In this document: positions 1 to 13,061 of the stretch, one piece after another
How the letters are laid out: each line of letters starts with the position of its first letter
Numbering within the stretch: the stretch's first letter is position 1
Assembly (NCBI GenBank): GCA_964016885.1
Contig: OZ024742.1
Span: 105,586,001 to 105,650,000 of the forward strand
Direction: 5' to 3'
Origin: Eledone cirrhosa
Taxonomy: Eukaryota
Length of the DNA: 64,000 nt
Translations under genes and position numbers: made by a program
Notes under the pieces: model-generated
Database searches by the model: none
The model's input: only the letters and a program-made list of their open reading frames with translations
Told to the model about the DNA's origin: nothing

Positions 1-337
1 TTCATCAGGGTTTAAGGAACTTTCAGTGGATAATGTTCCAATTTCCTCTCTTTGGGAAAAAATTTTGATTTTGATTAACATTTTTTCTAAGTCTTTTTTC
101 AAGCGACTTACGTATTCACATGTATGTGTGTGTATTATACTTCGTTTCTGTGAATAAGAAAGAATCCAGTTGCTAAACTAACTGAGGAATGGATAAGTTG
201 ATAATTTCTAATTTAGGCACAAGGCCAACAACTTGAGGGAGGGAAATGTCAATTAAATAGTCCACAGTTCGTGACAAGTAGTTTAATTTATCGAGTGGTT
301 TTTATTGGCAACATGAACCCACTCTTAAAGTATAACA

Positions 338-382
<45 letters not shown>

Positions 383-533
383 TAGAGATAGAGAGAGAGA
401 AAGAGGGGGGAGAGGGAGGGAGAGAGAGAGGGGTAAAATTCCGAATACGGCACCAAGCGATTTTAGGGGTCGTGATTTAACCTATCTCTAAATCCACTCC
501 GCATCTCCCCATGTATTGAGTACTCCATGATTA

Positions 534-2720
534 GTGGTCTCCCTGTTTCCAGCACCACAGGCTCTCCCCACCCCCTCTCAGGGTCAGGGTGGGAGTGATC
601 AATGTGCAACTCTGGCCATGACAATAATGACAATGACAACAACTTCAAGAACCATAACACTTTTAAAAGAAAATACTGTCTTTGGGACATGGAAAATCCG
701 TACTTTATATGCTCGTAGAAGGACAAAAGAACTTATATATAAACTTGCCAGATACACATGGTATATCTTAGGGTTGGCTGAAATCAGGTGGACTGGATTT
801 GGTGAGACAACTACAGATGAAGGCCACAAACTGTGGTACAGGGGTGATGACATCAAGTACGAACATGGAGTAGGTTTCATCGTTAACAAAACCAAACTGA
901 GCTCAGTCATCAGCTGTACACCAGTAATCAGAAGAATCATCACCATGCGTGTGACTGAAAGATCACAGAACATTACCACTATACAAGTATATGCGCAAAC
1001 GCTCGATTATGACGATGATGCTGTTGAAGAGTTCTATGGGGTCCTGGAGAAAATCATCAAGACGGCTCCTAAAAACATTCTAATCGTTTTAGAAGATTGG
1101 AATGCCAAAGTAGGCTCGGGTGCATGTGACCAATGGGCTAGGACAATGGGACGATTTGGGATTAGAGAAACAAAAATTGTAGACTTCGCCTCCTAGAATT
1201 TGCTAGCGCCCACAAACTGACCTTAGTCAGCGCACTGTTTCCACACAATACCTCACGGAGAATAACATGACATACACCCAATTGCAGGACTCACAACCAA
1301 ATTGACTTCATCCTCGCACCTCAAAAGTTCAAGTCCAGTATCAATAAGGCCAGGACTAGGACCTTCCCTGGTGCAGATGCCAACAGTGATCATAATTTGG
1401 TTTTGATGACATTAAAGTTTAAACTGAAAAAGATTAATAAAAAGGGAAAAACATGTATCAAGATTGATGTAGAGATCATAAGGTTGCATCAATGTTTGAG
1501 GCGAACGTAGGTGGCAGGTTTGCAACCCTCAAAGATATTAACTCCTTAACCGACAACATCAAGGAAGCACTTCACGAAATAGCTTTAGAAGTGGTGGGGA
1601 GAAAGAGAAGAATAAAGAAACCATGGGTCACTGATGATATCGTAATCTAAGTGATTTAAGACTTGACTTGAGGAAGAACAAGCTAACAGATCAGAAGGCA
1701 AGGCAGCAATATAACGCTGTGAATAGGAAGGTCAGGAAGAAAATGAAGGAAGCCAAAGAGAACTGGATATCAGAAGAGTGCAAAAAACATCGAAGCTGGA
1801 ATAAAAAGGGCAACAGCAAAGCTGCTTATGAAACTTCAAAATGCTAATAAAAAGAAAGCAACCCCTCCGCCACTGTCATCGAGGACAAAACTGGCTTGTC
1901 CTCAAAGACGAAACCGATGTCATCAAAAGGTGGTCTGAGTATTGCGAATACCTGTATAACCACAAAGAAACCAATAAGATCAAAGAAATTGAGGATATTC
2001 CAATTCTAATGGAAGAGGAGATGCACATGTTTAAAGATGGTAAATCCCCAACAGTCGATAACATTCCATCGGAGCTCCTAAAATATGGAGGGCCAAATCT
2101 TATCAATGCACTGACAGTTATCTGTTAAATGGTATAGGAAACAAAAAATGTGGTTAAAGGAGTGGACCCAATCACTGGTGATATTCATTCCCCCAAAACG
2201 GAAACTTAGAATCCTGACAGAACTACAGAACAATCAGCCTCATTAGCCACCCCAGCAAAGTACTGCTAAGAGTTCTTCTAAACAGACTTAAGGGGAAAGC
2301 AGAAGAAATCCTGGCAGAATAAGAGGCAGGATTCAGGCCCGAAAGATGTACCACAGAGCAGATATGTTAATATTAGACTGCTCACTGAGAAACACCTGCA
2401 GTACCAATCTAACCTCTATCATAACTTCAACGACTTTAAAAAAGCCTTTGACCATGTTTGGCATAAGGGTTTGTGGAAAGTGATGAAGGATTACAACTTT
2501 GACATCAACCTCATTCAAGTAATTAAAACACTATATGACAACTCAAACATTGCAGTTCTCCTCAATAACAATGTCTGAGAAGTCTTCAGGACAACAGTGG
2601 AGGTTCAACAAGAGTGTCTCCTTTCTCCAGTACTTTTCAACATCTTCCTGGAAAACATCATGCAAGAGACACTCCAAGACGTCAATACCATTAGAGGATG
2701 GCCCATTTCAAATTTGCCGG
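534..2720 (+). mobile_element. Decayed RTE-clade LINE (APE endonuclease + N-terminal RT), 3'-truncated
   Basis: ORF 534-1196 has GTWKIRTL...LGLAEIRW...HGVGFIV...IQVYA...DWNAKVG endonuclease motifs. Downstream broken frames give HNQIDFIL, SDHNLV, GKSPTVDNIPSELLK, NYRTISLISHPSKVLL, DFKKAFDHV and CLLSPVLFNIFLE. Many stops/frameshifts; ends before YADD. Confidence 0.9.
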
Positions 2721-3071
2721 TCAGCCTCGGGACCTCCGGTGTGCTAGGTCCCCCGAACTGTCATTTTCCTCTGTAAAATAAAAAGAATGCATCACACGTG
2801 AGGATGGAGCTACGTGAGGAGGAGTGACTGATGCAGCGGTTGTCACTGGTTGTTCTCCGTTATTATGCTTCAGTATTTTGTTCACAGGGTGCAATGGGCA
2901 TGTACCGACTAGACTGATGTGTAGCGTCTTCCCCTCCGTCCCCCCTTCCCCATTTTTTCATTATTGAATTTTTTTCTTTCTTCCTGTGAAATATTTTAAA
3001 CGCGAAATTTGTTTCAACACACACATGCACACACACATATCTATATCTATATATCTATCTATATATCTATC

Positions 3072-3172
<101 letters not shown>

Positions 3173-3201
3173 CTATATATCTATCTATCTATATATCTAT
3201 C

Positions 3202-3287
<86 letters not shown>

Positions 3288-3471
3288 GAAAGGATGAATA
3301 TAAAATGAAAGTGCTTTTTTTAAAAAAGGAATTTATTAGGTATTGACATATGTTTCTGTAACAGACGGAATACCTATGTATCGCTGCTTGTGTAATCATA
3401 TAATGTTAGCAAGTATTCAATAGCAAATGTATAATCAGTTGTCACTTCTTCAGAGATTTTGGATATATATA

Positions 3472-3520
<49 letters not shown>

Positions 3521-4455
3521 ATTTGCTTGACGAATAAAATTCAATTTAGCATTTTAGTCCCGGTGTGAAAAATAAACGAAGTGAATACATCGCAGGCTTT
3601 AATTCTGTGCGTGTAGAAATAGTGGGGATTGATATAACAAGATTCCAATCTTCTTCGGTCTTTATCTGTGAAAGTATATCAATTTCCCGAGAGAAATTAA
3701 TCAGATCGATATAGCTTTTTCAATCCACAAAGAAAACATAAAACCCATGGTGTAACCATTTTGGAAATTTCCATAGCAAGGCTAGAATTACATGTTTATT
3801 AAAACGAAAAGTATGGGTTACATTTCATGTTATCTTGAAACGGTATCTAGAGCAATATGAATTAGTATATGTTAAATATGTATCTTTTGATGTAAGTATG
3901 AATAGTTCAGAGCATTATATATTCATAAATAAAGACGCCAGCAAAATAAATTCAAAGAATCAAAATTCCTTTACTGCAGTTTCAAAGCATAAAATGGGTA
4001 TCAATTATCTCAACTAACCAAGACAATTAAGATTGGGAGAAGATTCTCACCAGCAGAAAGACTCTCGCAATAAGAAAAATGTGTTCACCCAGCCGCAATA
4101 TATGAGCTTTCCCTTATGAAAAAAAAAAAAAAAAAAGAACAGTGACACGTGGTGACCAGGATGAAAAAGTAATTGGTGGATGGGCGACAAGTTTTAAAGG
4201 AGAGAGAGAGAGAGAGAGAGAGAGACGACCCCCCCCCCTTCGGTCACGAATTGCCATGGGATTTGCACCTAGAAAGGTTTTCCGTGGTAAAACGGAAACA
4301 GACCACAGAACTCAAGCCATGAAGTTGAGATGGAAATGACTCCTACAGGTCTAGGACTGTTTTATTTGGTTGAAATAATATATATATTATATTTCGGCAG
4401 ACCCAGACATACACACACACTCATATATATGCATATATGTATGTGTATATATATG

Positions 4456-4584
<129 letters not shown>

Positions 4585-4595
4585 ATACATATATG

Positions 4596-4632
<37 letters not shown>

Positions 4633-4729
4633 TCATATATGTGTGTGTGTGTGTGTTAATGTGTGTGTGTATGCATACATACATATAAATATCTATTATG
4701 TATGATTGGAATCTTGTTATGTGTGTATA

Positions 4730-4789
<60 letters not shown>

Positions 4790-6261
4790 CATACCCACCA
4801 ATACATACATAATAGATATTTATATGTATGTACACACACACACACACACATATATATATATGTCAATCCAACTGCACTGAAATAATCGTTCCGCTCAAGT
4901 GAGAGTTGTGCAGTTTTAATCGTTGTTAGTCTGTTTAATACTTCCAATGTTCACAAAGGCGTATATAATTAGTGTCCCTCCAAACATGCACCCCCCCTTA
5001 TGAGACAAACACTTTACTTTTATGGTCTTCACCACATGTTACACATGAAAGTTATATTTTCGCTCTAGCTTGGCTTAAGTTTTTTTAATAATAATTTTCT
5101 ATATACCAAATTGTATGTATTTCTTTTTTAGCTTTCGTTTTTAATTATTTGAATTCTTCCTATAAAGAAGTTGGCTTCTAAAAGAATGAATATAAAAAGA
5201 CCTAATGAAAGACACTGCCTATAGTTTTCATACCCTTTTGAAAATAATGAAGAATTTGGAGTAATTTATTAAGTTGGTGGTTGAAACATAACCTAATAAA
5301 GGTTCTTACATAAAAATATGATGGAAAGTTTTTAGATAAATATAAACAACTTAAAATCAATATTTTTGTATCATAGAACTTGAGGCAGTTTTAGGTAGTT
5401 TGGTATCAAAAGGGTTAAATAATGATTTCTAATTAAGGCCAACAATTTAAGAGGAAGGGGAAAATCGATTATATTGACCCTACTACTTGACTGATACTTT
5501 ATTTTATCGACCTCAGAATGTTGAATAGCAAGATTTACCTCGGCGAAATTTGAACTCAGAACGTAAAGGACTGTAACTAAACACGGCAAAGCATTTTGTC
5601 CAATGCTCTGCCAATAATCCACTCTAAAATGGTTATATAATATAAACGGAGAACAGTTACATGGGAAAGGTTTTGCATACTTTTACTATTCCGTTTACAA
5701 ATGGTATATGATGTGCAAAGTGTGTGTCAATTAGTCATTGTTCATCGCTTGAAAATCTTGATTTAAATGTATCCCCCCAAAAAAACAAAAAAACAAACAA
5801 ACAAACAAACAAACAAACAAACAAACAAAAAACAAAACACAAACAAACAAACAAAAAACAAACAAACAAACAAAACAAAACAAAACAAAACAAAACAAAT
5901 GAAGCGAGAAGAATACTTACGCCTCTTTGATAATTCACATTCGTATTTGTACGTTCTAATTGGTATTGGTAGAACTGTTTGTGTCGCTGTTGATATTGTT
6001 ACTAGAGTTACCAACTATCGTACACGGTGAAAAGTATTTTTTGTAATGCAGTACACAGTTGAGTTTCTCTTATTGATAACAAATAACAGCACAAAACCAA
6101 AACGGAAATTCTGTATCTAAGTTGAATTAGCCCGGCATAATTGTAGAGGAGAACGTTCTAGCACACAGTTTAAGCGGTTCTCTATGTCTGTACGTCTGTT
6201 GTTATGGTGACATCTTGTACGTACATACATACGTACGTACGTATGTATGTATGTATGTATG

Positions 6262-6681
6262 GCCATCCAAAATCACCGGGAGAGATGACCCCTTAGTCTT
6301 CGTCAAGGTAGAATTCCAGGAGAAGGAAAAATCTGATATAACACCTGCAACCCTGATGGTATCCAATGATGTTGACTTATTCTTCTTTTTGGTAAATATC
6401 ATCTTGGTTAAGAGAGTGGGACTGGCTTTGTGCAGTGCCTTTGCTCACTATAAAAGCTTCAGGGCACAGGCATTGCTTTATATCTGGAGATCTCTCTGCA
6501 CTTGTCGTCACATGGTACCATGGGCCCAGCACTATGTGTCAATAGTTGTCACAAGTGTAGTGTTTGTACCAGAGTTTTCAAGTCGCTGGCTGGACTAAAA
6601 AGTCACTCGTTCAGCACATCGGTAGGGGTTCTCCTACATGGATATAAAGTAGTGGCCGTACTCGAAAACGAGTTGGCAGCC
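6262..6681 (+). mobile_element. Short non-autonomous RTE-related element with (TATG)n tail
   Basis: Shares 5' block and 3' end (TGGCCRTACTCGAWAACGAG..GGCAGCC) with 7003-7345. Contains CSVCTRVFKSLAGLKSH, a C-terminal Zn-finger-like remnant typical of RTE ORF ends. Flanked by (TATG)n. Confidence 0.55.
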
Positions 6682-7002
6682 TGTATGTATGTATGTATGT
6701 ATGTATGTATGTATGTATGTATGTATGTATGTATGTATGTATGTATGTATGTATGTATGTATGTATGTATGTATGTATGTATGTACGTACGTACGTATAT
6801 ATATGTATGTACGTACGTATGTATGTATGTATGTATGTTATGTGATTTTGGACATCTTGCAGGACAAAAAACAATACCTGACAAAGGGCAGAAGAACTCA
6901 TAAGAGTCAACGGCCATCCAAAAGTGTGTAAATATGTATATACGCATGTACATATGTATGTATATGTATATGTGTATATGCATGGGTGCACGTGTATGTA
7001 TA

Positions 7003-7345
7003 TGCGCGGGGACATAGAAATAGTCGGGCTGGACACCCGATCGCGCGGTTAAACCACTAGAAGTGAAGGACCCCCTAGCCTTTGTCAGGGCATTCTTCTA
7101 GGAGAAGGCAACTCAGGAAACTGAGATAACTCCGATATAAAACCTGCGGCTCAGTAGTTACCGATGATGTTGATCTTTTCTTCTTTTCGGGTTATAGCTA
7201 CTGTCGTTCAGAGAGTGGGATTGGCTCAGTGCACAATATTTCCTCACTTTAAAAAATATCTTCATGCACAGGCATTGCACGATAGAATTAATTAATAATG
7301 GTATATCGTGCAATGGCCATACTCGATAACGAGGGGGCAGCCATT
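7003..7345 (+). mobile_element. Second copy of the short RTE-related non-autonomous element
   Basis: Homologous to 6262-6681 (GGAGAAGG, GATGATGTTGA, AGAGAGTGGGA, GCACAGGCATTGC blocks) but lacks the Zn-finger segment. Followed by (TATG)n. Confidence 0.5.
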
Positions 7346-7787
7346 ATGTATGTATGTATGTATGAGAGATGAAGCCTTTATCGTGAAAATATAATAGTAA
7401 ATATAGAGTAATGTAAATTCTAAAGGGTTAAACTACATAGGTTTCATAGTTCCTTATGGAAGCACGGTAATAAATATTTATGTTAACTATTTGAATTATT
7501 TTGGCATTACCTGTGGTTTCATAAATCTAAACACATCTAACTTGTATCACCTTACCTCTAGGCACCTGAAAGAGTTAGATGTGTTTATCCTTATGAAACT
7601 ACTGGTAATACAGAAATAAGTCAAACTGTTAACATAAATATTCTCAGCTTGATTGTTCTTTTCCTCTGTTTGTACCCATCCCCATATATAAGTAATATTT
7701 GTATATATTGAAAATAGAGGTAACCAACACTGTGTACACCTTTATATATATATAATATATATATATATCACATAAAACAAATGACAA

Positions 7788-7860
7788 AGGTTCCAGCGAG
7801 ATTCGAACTCGCGACCTTCTGCGTGTGAAGCAGACTTGACAACCACTACACCATGGAATC
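7788..7860 (-). tRNA. tRNA-Val(CAC)-like gene, possibly pseudogene
   Basis: Reverse complement GATTCCATGGTGTAGTGGTTGTCAAGTCTGCTTCACACGCAGAAGGTCGCGAGTTCGAATCTCGCTGGAACCT. Anticodon arm TCTGC-TT CAC AC-GCAGA; perfect T arm GCGAG-TTCGAAT-CTCGC; one acceptor-stem and one D-stem mismatch; T-runs downstream. Confidence 0.8.
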
Positions 7861-8000
7861 ACATAATTATATATAATTATATATATTTATATATATATAT
7901 ATCATCTAAGCTGGCATTATCTAATGTGTTCTTCCATTTTTATGGCAGTATAGTGTAATATGAACTTTATGGAGAAATGTGAAGGCATTCTATCTGATGT

Positions 8001-8194
8001 CAGATCTGCCAACCTCTAAAAACCCAAACAGGGAGTATCATAGAAAAAAGTGTACCAAAACGGGGAGAAATGAGGCAAAATGCGGAGATTTTACATAATG
8101 AAAGCCATACCCGTTTCACAAGAGAGGACAACTCTCACCAACCTCAAAGTGGGTGGGAGATCTCCCCGTTAGACGGGGAGAGTTGACAAGTCTG
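8001..8194. mobile_element. Possible old hAT-like MITE
   Basis: Imperfect terminal inverted repeats CAGATCTGCCAAC / GTTGACAAGTCTG and internal ACGGGGAGA subterminal repeats. No clean TSD. Confidence 0.35.
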
Positions 8195-8663
8195 CGATGC
8201 ATAACGACTGCCAATTCGTTACCCTATTAGCAGTGTATTTCTTTAGAAATATATTAACGAAAGAGTTAAGACAACAGGGAGCATTCTGAAGGAGGTTTGT
8301 TCGCTGTATTAACAGCCCACCGCATTAGAGACCTTGACAAATCCCAGTGTGATCAAGGTAAAACTGGCTTTGGAGAAATTTGAAATCGTAGGTGATAGTT
8401 GCTCGACTAAAATACCAGTCTGAAAGAACAGTAGCGCGCCAAATTCCACTGTCCTTATTTCATACAATAAAGAACGTTTGAGAATTTCTCATAGGAAGGA
8501 ACAAATGCCAGATTAACGTCTGTTTGCTCCTTTGGCCAGTCGAACAGGTATTATTTAGTAATGAAGGGAGCGGCCCTTCGAATGCAAATGGTCACCTCAA
8601 GAATGTATACACAATAAAGCAGTCAAATGCAACAAACAAATAAACAAACAAAAGTCTCTACAA

Positions 8664-9030
8664 ATAATTGTTTCTACTTTTGGCACAAGGCCAGCAATTA
8701 TCCCAGTGTATTACTGGTACTTTATTTTATCGACCCTGTAAGGATGAAAGGCAAAGTTAACCTCGGCGGGATTTGAACTCAGTCCGTAAAGTCCCACCCT
8801 CTACCGATACTGCCAATCCACCGCTAAAGTCTCTACAAATAATTGTTTCTATTTTAGGCACAAGGCCAGCAATTACCCAGTACATTACTGGTACTTTATT
8901 TTATCGACCCCGTAAGGATGAAAGGCAAAGTTAACCTCGGCGGGATTTGAACTCAGATCATAAAGGGACGTAACTCTATGCTTCAAAGCATGGTGTCCGA
9001 CTCTCTACCGATACTGCCAATCCACCGCTA
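8664..9030 (-). mobile_element. Two tandem tRNA-derived SINE copies (family A)
   Basis: Minus strand: GCGGTGGATTGGCAGTATCGGTAGAG (A box)...GAGTTCAAATCCCGCC (B box), then TTTGCCTTTCATCCTTACGGGGTCGATAAAATAAAGTACCAG (Meta-type central domain) and GGCCTTGTGCC..AGAAACAATT tail. Confidence 0.85.
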
Positions 9031-9079
9031 AAGTCTCTACAAATAATACATAATATACATGTTTTCCTTTTTATAACTT

Positions 9080-9313
9080 GATGTGAATATATATATATAT
9101 ATATGTGTACGTATGTGTGTGTGTCTGCATGTGTGTTTGTGTGCATGTATGTACGTGTTTATGGGTTTGTGTGTGCATGTATATATATATATATATATAT
9201 ACATGCACACACAAACCCATATTTATATATATATATATATATATACATATATGTATGTGTATATGTGTGCCTGAATGTGTGTTTGTGTGCATGTATGTAC
9301 GTGTTTATGGGTT

Positions 9314-9368
<55 letters not shown>

Positions 9369-9493
9369 ATGTCTGTGTGTGTATGTCTTCTTTCTTTTTC
9401 TCACCCACTCTCTTTCATCTTGTATTTCATACGCACTTTTCCCTCTTTTGATGTTGTTCACATCACATTTCGTTGTCTTAGGAATATTCTTTC

Positions 9494-9563
<70 letters not shown>

Positions 9564-9705
9564 TTTCTCTTTCTTTCTTTCTCTCTCTCTCCCGCTTTCT
9601 CTCTTCTTTCTTCCTTCTCATCTCTTCACTCCCTCACTCACACATTCTTCTTCTTCTTCTTCTTCTTCTTCTTGCTGTTGTTGTGTTGTTGTTGTTGTGG
9701 TTGTT

Positions 9706-9737
<32 letters not shown>

Positions 9738-9835
9738 TTTTGTTGTTGTTGTTGTTGTTCTTCTTCTTCTTCTTCTTCTTCTCCTCACCATGCCCCACCC
9801 CCTCCTCCCAGCTACCCCTCTCCTTACCCCACACG

Positions 9836-9910
<75 letters not shown>

Positions 9911-10025
9911 TATATATATATATATACACATATATATATCCATTTTGTGACATTTTTCAAACTTTTATGACTGATTTTTCATCTCACCTACTTTTACCCT
10001 TTCATGTGTGTGTGTGTATGTATAC

Positions 10026-10087
<62 letters not shown>

Positions 10088-10135
10088 ACATACATACATG
10101 TATATATATATATATACATATATACATACATGTAT

Positions 10136-10167
<32 letters not shown>

Positions 10168-10336
10168 GTGTATGTATACACACTCATATATATATATGTT
10201 TTTCTGGTTTTATTTTTTTCACTAAGAGAGAGAGAGAGAGAGAGAGAGCCGGCTTCTAATATATACACAACACTCTTCATTGGAATATAGACATCAACTA
10301 GGTAAATATGTATGTATGGCTCTATGTGTTTGTGTT

Positions 10337-10405
<69 letters not shown>
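9080..10405. repeat. Compound microsatellite field (TA, TG, CT, CTT, GTT, GTA); representative of many similar tracts in the window
   Basis: Direct inspection; accounts for the low-complexity ORFs in the track. Confidence 0.95.
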
Positions 10406-11676
10406 GTATGGGTGCTATTGTATTTTTGGACCTATATACTTTGAGTTATATGTGTACACCTGCAAGTTTCTGTCTATACATGTGTATATGCAATTATTAC
10501 ATGCATAGTTTCTGAAAAGTAAGAAGAAATCGAATATACCGACTTCGACAGTAACACTATACTGCAATGTCTCTCTTCCAATGCACTAATGATTCTGCCA
10601 GTCTACAGCCAAACACCAGTTTAATTATCACAACAATCACCCTTACCATCCTACGGGGAAACGCCTCCATTCTATCTGCCGGGGCTGTGGGGAGGCCAGT
10701 ACGTGGGACCCCATTTGCTCACCATACCGATAGATGGGGAGGGCGACAGATATGGAGGCGATAACAGTGGGAGTTCTGCTCTTCCACGTTCGGACGATAT
10801 CCTTGTGGTTGTGTTCATTATCTATAGCGACCTCTTGCTTAGTAGCTTTCTTATCACATCACTCCACACCCGCCAGTTCTCTACTCACACACTTTATTAC
10901 TCTTACAATACTAAATTCCTCCAAATTATTATTTATTTTCAAAATTATTAGAAAATTATAGGCAATGCCTTTCAGTAGAAATATGGTAATGAAAGGGTTA
11001 AAAAAAACCCTACACCCCTCGCACACCTAAACACTTCACACGTATCCCTTTCTCTCTCTTATTCTTTGTTCATATCTTCTCTCTCTTCTCACTCCCTCAC
11101 TATCTCCTCCACGTTTCATCCACTCACCCTCTCTCTCACTTCTTTCTTTTCTCTATCTCTCATTATCACTCACCCTCTCTTCTCTATTCGCACTCTCTTC
11201 ATTATCAGTCTTACCTTTCTCTTCTTTATTCCTTCTTCTCCCTTTCCTTCTCACATACGCGAACACATATTTACGTACATACACTCTCACACGTATCTTA
11301 TCACAGAAACTTACATATTACATATATAGATAAATGCACATACACACAGGCATATATGGGCGCACGCACACGCACACACACATGCACACACGCACACACA
11401 CATTCACGCGCGCGCACACACACACTCACTCACACACACACACATACACACACATATATATATATATATATATCCACCCCTCTTTTTCCATTATGTCTCT
11501 CTGATATATAGACTCACATACACACATTCAAATACTTTTAATCACCTTTCTCTTCTCTTTTATCTCTTTCTCTCTCTTCTCCCTCTAATTTTTTCCTCCT
11601 CTCTCTCTCTCTTACACACACACTGTTTCATTTTGCTGGGCAGCTCTTTGCAACACAAAGAAAGAAATGCTGATTG

Positions 11677-12020
<344 letters not shown>

Positions 12021-12151
12021 TATTAATAACTCCTGAAAATTATTTCCGTTGAGTGCTTCCAATCTACTGTAAAAATCATTCTTTGACATAATCATTGAAT
12101 ATTGTTTAACAATTTAATACTTATATATATATATGTGTGTGTGAGTGTGTG

Positions 12152-12239
<88 letters not shown>

Positions 12240-12277
12240 AGTGTGTGTGTATGCATGAGTATGTATGCATGAGTATG

Positions 12278-12312
<35 letters not shown>

Positions 12313-12731
12313 AGATTCAGGACCTCGACGGCTGAGCTCCGGCCGTTTCGACAGCTAGATCCGAACTAAGCCAACAGTATTAGAACGGCGGGAATCTCGC
12401 TGAACTTATAAAGGGGGTACAATCCATATATGGACATGCAGTCAAAGCAAAATAACAAAAAAATCTAGGCAAAAAAATCTTAAAAGTTTGTTTTTCTTGT
12501 TTTTCTTCGGGAGTGGTCAGTGATCGGGGGTGGGGATGGGGGTACCCCAGATCAAATGACCAGTCGTCGGACGTCTACTGTTGTAATGACATTACAACAG
12601 TAGAGATCCGACAAGCTTTTGATTCCAGTGTCGGGCCAGATTGATTTAGATCGAACGTTGAGGTGATCAATAGCGAAACCCGCGTGACCAATCAATAAAC
12701 GTGATGAAGGCATAACAAATCGTCCTTGTAT

Positions 12732-12850
12732 TAGGCACAAGGCCAGCAATTACCCAGTGCATTACTGGTACTCGATAAAATAAAGTACCAGTAATGCACT
12801 GGGTAATTGCTGGCCTTGTGCCTAAAGTAGAAACAATTATTATTATTATT
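12732..12850. mobile_element. SINE family A 3' fragment with inverted duplication and (ATT)n tail
   Basis: TAGGCACAAGGCCAGCAATTACCCAGTGCATTACTGGTACT followed by its reverse complement, then AGAAACAATT(ATT)n. Confidence 0.8.
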
Positions 12851-13061
12851 GTTGGTGAAGCCACGCTTCTTATCGCCTCCAGCTTTTTTCAACGTTTTAC
12901 CTCGTTTTCAACCGTTCTAAACCTTTTATTCAAGTTTTAAATTTTATAAAAGTTTAGAAGAAGTGACCCACCTAATACAGGGGTTTACTCGTAAATAATA
13001 CGGCACCCCTTTACGGGCAGTCGTATTTGTGTAAAAATATTTTTTGAAAAAGAATTTCAAC

